Part shown: in pieces, positions 1 to 7,465 of the stretch | Layout: each line of letters starts with the position of its first letter | Numbering within the stretch: the first letter of the stretch is position 1 | DNA from: a candidate division WOR-3 bacterium | GTDB lineage: Bacteria; Hydrothermota; Hydrothermia; Hydrothermales; Hydrothermaceae | Direction of reading: 5' to 3' | Assembly (NCBI GenBank): GCA_039803745.1 | Contig: JBDRZD010000048.1 | Coordinates: forward strand, 1 to 12,769 | DNA: 12,769 nt | The notes under the pieces: model-generated | Told to the model about the DNA's origin: nothing | The model's database searches: none | The model's input: only the letters and a program-made list of their open reading frames with translations | Position numbers and translations under genes: made by a program

Positions 1-958
1 TCTTTCCTGCCTTTATCTTTTCTAAAAATTTTACATTTCCTGTCTCCTGTCCGGGACAAGGTTTTATTGCGAGAAAAGGTGTTTTTGTATAAACTGCCTC
101 TGCTACTGTAGAACCACCTGGTTTTGAAATTATCAAAATTGACCTTTTTAAATATTCAGCAACTTTATCAGTAAATGCAATAACTTCTATATTTTTGTCT
201 TCGTTTTTTTCTTTAAAATTTAAAATTTTCTTATAAAGTTTTCTATTTCTTCCACATATCACAGTTATTTTTAAATCCTTAAAATTTTTTCTTATTTCTT
301 TTAATATTTCTAAAATTGGACCTTTCCCTTTTCCTCCACCCATTATGAGAATCCCATTTCTTTCAAATTCTTTTTTTTCAAGAAAACCCTTTCTTACAGG
401 GTATCCAAGAATTTCATATTTAATTTCTTTTATTTTATCTTTTATTTCATTAAATGTAAAATTTGAAGGTATCCATAAAAAATCACTTCCCTTTGAAAGC
501 CAGCTTGTATGAATTTCTCCAAAATCAGTTAATACTGTAATAAGATAAAATTTCTTTTTTAATTTTTTCTTTATTTTAAATAAAGGAGGAATAAAAAATG
601 GATGCGTTAAAAATATTATGTCAGGATTAAAAAAAATAATCAATCTTTTTAAACACGGAAAAAGTAATAAATTTTGAATAAAAATTGTTAAATTGTATAA
701 AAATTTAATATTAAAAGGATAAAAAATATTTTTCCATAAAAAGGGGATTTCTGATAGTATATCCCAGAAAAAAGGCATAAAAGGATAGGGGAAAGGTGCA
801 TTTTTTAAGCCATCAATGTTTAATAGTTTTATATTCCTGAAATTTTCCTTTATATACTCTTCTAAACTTTTTGAGGCGAGAAAATGCCCTCCACCTGTTT
901 TTGCATGTAATATTAAGACTTTCTTACAATTTCCCTTCCTGTTTTTATATCCAGCCAT
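1..958 (-). CDS. MGDG synthase / UgtP-like diacylglycerol glycosyltransferase (GT28 family), 3'-partial at the window edge
   Basis: Not in the ORF track; translated by hand. ATG at 958 (AGGA upstream) gives MAGYKNRKGNCKKVLILHAKTGGGH...PDIIFLTHPF...TVLTDFGEIHTSW...LGYPVR...IMGGGKGKG...VICGRN...ISKPGGSTVAEA...PCPGQETGN. These motifs match MGDG synthase/UgtP. The frame is open to position 1 and overlaps the plsY-like gene by 46 nt. Confidence 0.88.
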   Translation of the reverse strand, partial: MAGYKNRKGNCKKVLILHAKTGGGHFLASKSLEEYIKENFRNIKLLNIDGLKNAPFPYPFMPFFWDILSEIPFLWKNIFYPFNIKFLYNLTIFIQNLLLFPCLKRLIIFFNPDIIFLTHPFFIPPLFKIKKKLKKKFYLITVLTDFGEIHTSWLSKGSDFLWIPSNFTFNEIKDKIKEIKYEILGYPVRKGFLEKKEFERNGILIMGGGKGKGPILEILKEIRKNFKDLKITVICGRNRKLYKKILNFKEKNEDKNIEVIAFTDKVAEYLKRSILIISKPGGSTVAEAVYTKTPFLAIKPCPGQETGNVKFLEKIKAGK

Positions 959-1488
959 TTTTTAATTCCTATGGTTGGAATTATTAAAAGGGAAAATAAA
1001 ATATGGGGTAGAGGATAGTGAAGGAAAATTCCTGATAAAAGAAGGACTATCATTCCAGCAGCCATTCCCTTTTCAAAACTTTTTAATAAAAAAGTGCTCA
1101 AAAATCCTGTAAAAAGGCCAATCAAACAAGGGATAGGCATAATTGCAAATATTATTCCATAAATTGATGCCATTCCCTTCCCACCATAAAATTTTGTCCA
1201 TAAAGGGAAATCATGTCCCAATATTGCAAATATTCCTGATATATAAGAGAAATTATAGTTTTCAAATAATAAGTAAGGAATTAGAAAAGAAAAAAAGCCT
1301 TTTAAAAAATCAATTATTGCAACAATACTTCCTGCGACTTTACCAATACTTCTCCACACATTTTGTGCACCCGGATTTCCATCACCAATTTTTCTTATAT
1401 CCTTTTGATAAAATATCTTTGAAATTAAAAAAGCAGTAGGAAATGAACCAAGAAGATAACCCAAAATTATAGAGATCAGTAATTTCAT
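913..1488 (-). CDS. plsY: PlsY-family acyl-phosphate acyltransferase (atypical paralogue)
   Basis: Hydrophobic 191 aa protein with GYLLGS, DIRKIGDGNPGAQNVWR, DFLKG, LGHDFP and GGKGMA motifs. Motifs 1 and 3 deviate from canonical PlsY. Confidence 0.85.
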   Translation of the reverse strand: MKLLISIILGYLLGSFPTAFLISKIFYQKDIRKIGDGNPGAQNVWRSIGKVAGSIVAIIDFLKGFFSFLIPYLLFENYNFSYISGIFAILGHDFPLWTKFYGGKGMASIYGIIFAIMPIPCLIGLFTGFLSTFLLKSFEKGMAAGMIVLLLSGIFLHYPLPHILFSLLIIPTIGIKKWLDIKTGREIVRKS

Positions 1489-1523
1489 ATTTTTATTTTA
1501 AACTATTTTGATTGAAATTTCAA
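1489..1523 (-). promoter_or_regulatory. Predicted sigma70-type promoter for the plsY-like gene (leaderless)
   Basis: Minus strand: TTGAAA (1523-1518), 17 bp, TAAAAT (1500-1495), 6 nt, ATG at 1488. No Shine-Dalgarno sequence. Confidence 0.65.
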
Positions 1524-1547
1524 TTTCATTTTAATTACAATATGCAA
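1512..1547 (+). promoter_or_regulatory. Predicted sigma70-type promoter for the hypothetical gene (leaderless)
   Basis: TTGAAA (1512-1517), 18 bp, TACAAT (1536-1541), 6 nt, ATG at 1548. Confidence 0.6.
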
Positions 1548-2674
1548 ATGCATTTTTTTAAAAAGATTTTAAAAGTAATTAAATTTCTATTTTTTACTTT
1601 ATTTTTTTATTTTTTATTGTTTTTCTTGTAAGTATAATTTATGATTATATCCTTTCCTTTTCTATAAAAAGAGATTGTGAGGAAATTAAAAAATATATAG
1701 AAGGTGAAAAAATAAAAGATGAAGAAAATTCCTGGATTGAATATGAAAAAGCAGGTAGAGTGATAAATCATGAAAATTATTTAATTCTGGACAAATTTGT
1801 TAAAGGGTCAAATTTTTATGAATTATCAAAAATTGAAAGTATAATAAATGAAAGTGATGAAATTTATAATCTTATTTTGGAAGGGAATAAGAAAAATAAA
1901 GGATGGTTTAATTATAGATTAAAAGAAGAAATATTCATAGAAAAAATACCCGATCATTTTAATCAAAGAAAGGTTTTTACTTTTTTAATTGCTAAATATA
2001 AATTTTATTTAATTAAAAAAGATTTTGGGAATGCCATAACATGGCTTAAAGAATGTGTAAAGTATACAAAAAATATTATGATGGGGAACAGATTTCCGAT
2101 TGGCGCCCTTATTTCTTATATTTTAGTGAATCAACTTGTAGAAGATGGTATTAAACCATTAATAGAATCAGACATAAGAGATACTTTATTAATTAAAAGT
2201 TTATATATAGAATTACAACAATTAGTTGAAAATTTAAAACCACCTCATATTTATTTAAAAGAAGAATTTCTTGTTCATGCTTTAGCTTTCAAAATAATTT
2301 CCTTTCCTTTTATTTTTTCTAATCGAAAGTTTTTTGAGGCTTTAAAATTTTATTTGAAAAATAAATTTATACTTTATAATTTTTTGTTTTCTTTAAATAC
2401 ATATTGTTATAAAGAAATAAGGGATTTTAAAAATTTGTTTTTAGACACAGAAAAACTTGATTCTTTATTTAGAAATTCTCTTGATTTATATTCGCAAGTT
2501 ATGAAAGAAAGGTTAGACTATGTAAATAAAAAAGCAAAAAAATCAATTTTATCTATTCCAGATTTTTCTTTTCTTGTTGATAGAATTTTAAATATTTATT
2601 TAAAATTTCAAATTTTTATAAATAAATTCCGGATACAGAAAATAATTGAAATAAGATACAGAAATTTATTATAA
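1548..2674 (+). CDS. Hypothetical protein, probably N-terminally membrane-anchored and helical; apparent frameshift in T-tracts at 1590-1624
   Basis: The ORF-track ORF 1760-2674 stays open upstream to 1583 (…LFFIVFLVSIIYDYILSFSIKRDCEEIKKYIEGEKIKDEENSWIEYEKAG). A different frame from ATG 1542/1548 (MHFFKKILKVIKFLFFTLFF…) stops at 1629-1631. One extra T would join them into about 375 aa. No family confidently recognised. Confidence 0.65.
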
Positions 2675-2681
2675 TTTATTT
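2646..2681 (+). promoter_or_regulatory. Predicted sigma70-type promoter for nitroreductase-polA (leaderless), embedded in the end of the upstream gene
   Basis: TTGAAA (2646-2651), 18 bp, perfect TATAAT (2670-2675, containing the upstream TAA stop), 6 nt, ATG at 2682. No Shine-Dalgarno sequence. Confidence 0.68.
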
Positions 2682-3257
2682 ATGATTAAACTTCCTGAAC
2701 CAAATTTTAAAGGTAAATATACCCTTGAGGAGGTTCTCAAAAAAAGGAGGACATGCAGGGATTTTGTAAGGGATAAAAAACTTACAATTGAGCAGATTTC
2801 CCAACTTCTATGGGCAACCTATGGAATAACAGAAACCCATTATGGTCTTAAAACTGCACCTTCAGCAGGTGCAAGATATCCGCTTGATATATATGTTGCA
2901 AAGGAAGATGGTGTTTTTAAATATATTCCTGAAAAACATGCCCTTGAAGAAGTTCTAAAAGAGGATGTGAGGGAAAGAATTGCTACTCTTTCATGGAATC
3001 AGGATTTTATTGCTGATGCTCCCTGTGTATTTATATTTTATGCAGTTTATGAAAGGACAACTTCAAGATATGGAGAAAGAGGTATAAGATATGTTCATTT
3101 TGATTTAGGCCATGCTGCTCAAAATCTTTTACTTCAAGCAGAAGCACTTGATCTTGGAGCCTGCCCTGTTGGTGCTTTTAATGATTCAGAGATTAAGGAA
3201 ATACTCAAATTTAAAGGTGAACCAATTTACATTATTCCTGTTGGTTATAAACTTTGA
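2682..3257 (+). CDS. SagB/ThcOx-family dehydrogenase (FMN nitroreductase superfamily)
   Basis: MIKLPEP…LEEVLKKRRTCRDF…ISQLLWATYGIT…TAPSAGARYPLDIYV…RYGERGIRYVHFDLGHAAQNLLLQAEALDLGACPVGAFND. Confidence 0.9.
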   Translation: MIKLPEPNFKGKYTLEEVLKKRRTCRDFVRDKKLTIEQISQLLWATYGITETHYGLKTAPSAGARYPLDIYVAKEDGVFKYIPEKHALEEVLKEDVRERIATLSWNQDFIADAPCVFIFYAVYERTTSRYGERGIRYVHFDLGHAAQNLLLQAEALDLGACPVGAFNDSEIKEILKFKGEPIYIIPVGYKL

Positions 3258-5752
3258 ATGAGTTATTTATAATAATTGATGGAACCTCCTTAGCCTACAG
3301 GGCATTTTTTGCCTTTATAAAAAATCCCTTAAGAAATACAAAGGGAGAAAATACTTCTGCCCCTTTTGCTTTTACAAATTCAATATTAAAGATTAAAAGG
3401 GATTATAAACCTTCCTATATGGCTATTGTTTTTGATGCAAAGGGAAAGACAAAAAGGCATGTAATTTTTGAAAAATACAAAGCAACAAGACCGCCTATGC
3501 CAAATGAACTTGTTTTAAGCCTTAAAAGGATAAGGGAGATAACAGAGGCTCTAAATTTGGAAATTTATGAAGTTCCCGGATATGAAGCAGATGATGTTAT
3601 AGCTTCTCTTGTGAATAAGGCGAAAAAAAAGGGGTGGAAGATTTTGATTCTTTCCTCAGATAAAGATTTGCTTCAAATTGTTGATGATGATGTATGGATT
3701 CTCGATACCCGTCCAAAGGAAGATATTTTTTATACAAAGGAGAAAGTAATTGAAAAGTTCGGGATAGAACCAGGAAAAATTCCCGATTACCTTGCTTTAA
3801 TAGGTGATAATATTGATAACATTCCTGGTGTTTCAGGAATTGGAGAGAAAACTGCTGTTGAAATTGTTAATAAATTCAAGGACATTAATGATTTAATCGA
3901 AAATTATAATAAAATTGAGAATTTGAGAATAAGAAAGCTTATTGAAGAAAATATTGATAATATAAAAATGGCAAAAGAACTTACAAAACTTGATATTGAT
4001 ATAGATGTGGACTTTGATGAAGAAAAACTTAAATTAAAAGAGCCTGATTATGAAAAACTTTTCAAAATTTTAAGGGAACTTGAATTTTATTCAATAATGG
4101 AGAGTTTCTCAAGAAAATTTCCTGATTTTGAGATTAAAGAACCCCCAGATTTAAGTATTTTTAAGCATGGTTTTACATTTTCAATTTATAAAAACGAAGT
4201 ATTCATTAAAAAAGGAGAAAATTTTTACAAGTTAAATTTTGATAAGGCAAAAGAGATATTTGAATATGACTGTGAAAAAAACCTTTGTGATTTAAAAGAA
4301 GTTTATAGAGAATTTATAAAGAATAATTTGAATTTAAAAGGGAAATTAAATGACCCTCTGATTGCAGAATATCTTTTATACCCTGAAAAGGAAAACATAA
4401 CAGTTGAAAAAATGGCTCTTGAAAGGCTTGGTTTTAAATTCAGTCAGGATATAAGGAAAAGAAAGATTGAGGAAATTTATTTTGTTGATGAGGTTTTACC
4501 ATCCCTGATGAAAGAGATAATAGATAAGGGACTTTATAAACTTTACTCTGAAATTGAAATTGAAATTGCAAAAATTCTTGCTGAGATGGAAGAAAGAGGT
4601 GTTTACATATGTGAAAATGTTATAAGAGAAATTGAGAAAGAGATAAATTTCTCTTTGAATGAAATTGTTGAAAAAATTTATAAAATTGCAGGGATAAGAT
4701 TTAATATAAATTCACCCAAACAACTTTCAGAGGTTCTTTTTAAAAGGCTTAAATTACCTTGCAAGAAAAAGACTAAGACAGGGTATTCAACCGATTATGA
4801 AGTTTTAACAGAACTTTCCGAGAAATACGAAATTGCCAAATTAATTCTTGATTATAGAGAACTTTTTAAAATAAAAACAAGTTATATAGATACCCTTTTA
4901 GAACTCAGAAATCCTTTTACAGGAAGAATAAATGCCACCTTTAATCAGATAAAGGCATCAACAGGAAGAATTATATGTTCCAACCCGAATCTTCAAACAA
5001 TACCTGTAAAATCAGAAATAGGAAGGAAATTGAGAAAGGCCTTTTGTGCCCCTGACGGTTATTTTATAATATGTGCTGATTATTCGCAAATAGAACTTAG
5101 AATCCTTGCTCATTTTTCAGAAGATGAAAATCTTATAAGGGCTTTTGAAAGGGGAGAGGATATACATTCTTATACTGCTTCTTTAATAACAGGAAAGGAT
5201 ATAAAAGATATTACTCCTGAAGAAAGAAGAAAAGCAAAGACTGTTAATTTTGGAATATGTTATGGCATATCTCCTTTTGGTCTTTCAAAGGAATTAAATA
5301 TAACACCTGATGAGGCACAAGGATTAATTGTGCTTTTCTTTGCAAATTTTCCGAAAGTTAAAGAATGGATAGAAAAGACTTTAAAATTTGCAAGGGAAAA
5401 TTGTTATGTAAAAACTTTATTTGGAAGAATAAGAAACATACCTGATATAAATCATCATGTAAAAGAGGTGAGGTATCAGGCAGAAAGAATAGCAGTGAAT
5501 ACACCTATTCAGGGGAGTGCAGCAGATATAATAAAGAAAGCAATGATAGATATTCATAAAGAATTTAAAAATAGGAAATTGGATGCCCATATAATACTCC
5601 AGATACATGATGAACTTTTATTTGAAGTAAATGAAAAAGAGGTTGAAGTTGCAAAGGAAATAATAAAAGAAAAGATGGAAAATGTGGTTTCTTTAAAGGT
5701 TCCCCTTAAAATAGATATAAATTATGCAAAAAACTGGTATGATGCAAAATAA
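3254..5752 (+). CDS. polA: DNA polymerase I
   Basis: 5'-3' nuclease motifs (IIDGTSLAYRAFFA, GYEADDVI, SSDKDL, GDNIDNIPGVSGIGEKTA) and family A motifs A (DYSQIELR), B (RRKAKTVNFGICYG) and C (QIHDEL). TTG start overlaps the upstream TGA (TTGA). Confidence 0.98.
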   Translation: MNELFIIIDGTSLAYRAFFAFIKNPLRNTKGENTSAPFAFTNSILKIKRDYKPSYMAIVFDAKGKTKRHVIFEKYKATRPPMPNELVLSLKRIREITEALNLEIYEVPGYEADDVIASLVNKAKKKGWKILILSSDKDLLQIVDDDVWILDTRPKEDIFYTKEKVIEKFGIEPGKIPDYLALIGDNIDNIPGVSGIGEKTAVEIVNKFKDINDLIENYNKIENLRIRKLIEENIDNIKMAKELTKLDIDIDVDFDEEKLKLKEPDYEKLFKILRELEFYSIMESFSRKFPDFEIKEPPDLSIFKHGFTFSIYKNEVFIKKGENFYKLNFDKAKEIFEYDCEKNLCDLKEVYREFIKNNLNLKGKLNDPLIAEYLLYPEKENITVEKMALERLGFKFSQDIRKRKIEEIYFVDEVLPSLMKEIIDKGLYKLYSEIEIEIAKILAEMEERGVYICENVIREIEKEINFSLNEIVEKIYKIAGIRFNINSPKQLSEVLFKRLKLPCKKKTKTGYSTDYEVLTELSEKYEIAKLILDYRELFKIKTSYIDTLLELRNPFTGRINATFNQIKASTGRIICSNPNLQTIPVKSEIGRKLRKAFCAPDGYFIICADYSQIELRILAHFSEDENLIRAFERGEDIHSYTASLITGKDIKDITPEERRKAKTVNFGICYGISPFGLSKELNITPDEAQGLIVLFFANFPKVKEWIEKTLKFARENCYVKTLFGRIRNIPDINHHVKEVRYQAERIAVNTPIQGSAADIIKKAMIDIHKEFKNRKLDAHIILQIHDELLFEVNEKEVEVAKEIIKEKMENVVSLKVPLKIDINYAKNWYDAK

Positions 5753-5753
5753 T

Positions 5754-6689
5754 TTATTCCTTTACTATTCTTGTCCCTTCTTTCCCTTCAACTGCTTCCT
5801 TTACCTTTTCTAAACTTGTAATTATAACTTCTTTTCCTCCATTTTTTAAAAACTCTATAGCAGCCTCTATTTTTGGTCCCATGCTTCCTTTTGGAAACTG
5901 TCCATCATTCAAATATCTTATTGCTTCATCTATTTTCATTAAAGATAAGGGGATTTGATTTTCCTGTCCATAATTTAAATAAACCTTATCAACTGATGTT
6001 AAGATTATAAAATAATCTGCATTTATAAAAGAGGCAATTTTTGCAGAACAGAGGTCTTTATCTATTATTCCATAAACTGCTTTTAATTTATTTCCCTTCC
6101 TTATAAGAGGGATTCCTCCGCCTCCTCCTGCTATTACAATATTTCCATCTTCAACAAGTTTTTTAATTATATCTTTTTCTATTATATCAACAGGTTTAGG
6201 TGAAGGAACTGTAATTCTATATCCTCTATTTACATCCTTTTTTATAGGGTAATCAAAAAGTCCTTTCATTTCCTCTGCTTCTTTATGGGTAAAAAATGGT
6301 CCTATCGGTTTTGTTGGGTTTTTGAATTCAGGATCTTTTTCATCAACAATTACCTGTGTTATTATCACACTTATTTCTCTATCTATCTTTTTTTCATAAA
6401 ATACCTCATGGAGAAGATGGGAAATCATATATCCCATCCATCCCTGTGTTTCTGCATCAAGAACATCAAGTGGATACATTGGTATTTCTTTTCTTGCATA
6501 ATAGTTTCTTAAAAAAGCAACACCTACCTGTGGTCCATTTCCATGGGTTATAACGCAACCTTTTGATTTTTCTATAATTGGCAGTATTTTATAAAGAGAT
6601 TCCTTTGTTGTTTTAAACTGGGTAACCACATGAAAGGAAGCACCTTGAGGCAAAATTGCATTCCCACCAAGAGCAATAACAACTTTCAT
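5754..6689 (-). CDS. arcC: Carbamate kinase
   Basis: VVIALGGNA, ITHGNGPQVG, NPTKPIGPF, VPSPKP, GGGGGIP, IDKDL and GSMGPKIEAA motifs. ATGA overlap with the lpxA stop. Confidence 0.95.
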   Translation of the reverse strand: MKVVIALGGNAILPQGASFHVVTQFKTTKESLYKILPIIEKSKGCVITHGNGPQVGVAFLRNYYARKEIPMYPLDVLDAETQGWMGYMISHLLHEVFYEKKIDREISVIITQVIVDEKDPEFKNPTKPIGPFFTHKEAEEMKGLFDYPIKKDVNRGYRITVPSPKPVDIIEKDIIKKLVEDGNIVIAGGGGGIPLIRKGNKLKAVYGIIDKDLCSAKIASFINADYFIILTSVDKVYLNYGQENQIPLSLMKIDEAIRYLNDGQFPKGSMGPKIEAAIEFLKNGGKEVIITSLEKVKEAVEGKEGTRIVKE

Positions 6690-7462
6690 TTTCCTATACC
6701 CCTTTTAGATGTTTTTATAAATTCAATTAAATATTTTATATCATCATATTTTGAAAAATCTCTTTCTAAAATTTCAAGAGCCTGTGAAGTATTTAAATTT
6801 TGCCTGAAAAGGATTTTATAAGCATCTTTTAAAATCTTTATTCTTTCTTCACTAAATCCATTTCTTCTAAGCCCAACTATGTTAAGTCCTTTAATTTCTG
6901 TATTTTCAACTCCATCGGCTATCACATAGGGAACAACATCAAGACCCAAACGCGCCCTTCCCCTTATCATTGCATATTTACCAACCCTACAAAACTGGTG
7001 TATTAAAACTCCTCCTGATAGAACTGCAAAATCATGAATCTCAACATGTCCTGCAAGTTGTGTTCCATTTGCAATAACTACATTATTTCCGATTTTTACA
7101 TTATGTCCAAGATGAGTATAAGCCATCAAAAAGCAATTATCTCCAATACATGTTTTTTCTCCTTCACCTGTTGCCCTGTGAATTGTTACAAATTCCCTGA
7201 TTATATTATTATTTCCAATAACAACTTCTGTTTCCTCTCCTTTGTATTTAACATCCTGAGGAGGAAAACCTATACAGGCAAAATGGTATATAACATTATT
7301 TTCTCCAATTGTAACTTTTCCTTCAATCATAACATTATTTCCTATTTTTGTTCCTTTCCCTATTTTAACTTTGCCAGTAATTGTTGAAAATGCTCCTATT
7401 TCAACATCATCCTCAATTAAAACATCTTTATCAACAAATGCGGTCGGATGAATTTTCACCAA
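6686..7462 (-). CDS. lpxA: UDP-N-acetylglucosamine O-acyltransferase
   Basis: Hexapeptide left-handed beta-helix; PQDVKY, IREFVTIHRAT, HLGHN, LAGHV, HQFC and GLNIVGLRR motifs. AAGGAGG Shine-Dalgarno upstream; start is TTG 7462 or GTG 7459. Confidence 0.95.
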   Translation of the reverse strand: MVKIHPTAFVDKDVLIEDDVEIGAFSTITGKVKIGKGTKIGNNVMIEGKVTIGENNVIYHFACIGFPPQDVKYKGEETEVVIGNNNIIREFVTIHRATGEGEKTCIGDNCFLMAYTHLGHNVKIGNNVVIANGTQLAGHVEIHDFAVLSGGVLIHQFCRVGKYAMIRGRARLGLDVVPYVIADGVENTEIKGLNIVGLRRNGFSEERIKILKDAYKILFRQNLNTSQALEILERDFSKYDDIKYLIEFIKTSKRGIGK

Positions 7463-7465
7463 TTT

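Noticed and set aside
1542..1631. Independent small hydrophobic peptide (toxin or leader) MQMHFFKKILKVIKFLFFTLFFYFLLFFL
   Set aside because: Better explained as the frameshifted N-terminus of the downstream ORF; no antitoxin or attenuator structure seen.
2682..3257. Thiazole/oxazole RiPP cluster suggested by the SagB-like gene
   Set aside because: No YcaO cyclodehydratase, precursor peptide or transporter in the window; stand-alone members of this family are common.
3254..5752. Pol I is 832 aa, the same length as Taq polymerase; also checked for an intein or a phage origin
   Set aside because: The length match is coincidental and the sequence is clearly not Thermus-like; there is no insertion and the domain layout is ordinary cellular PolA.
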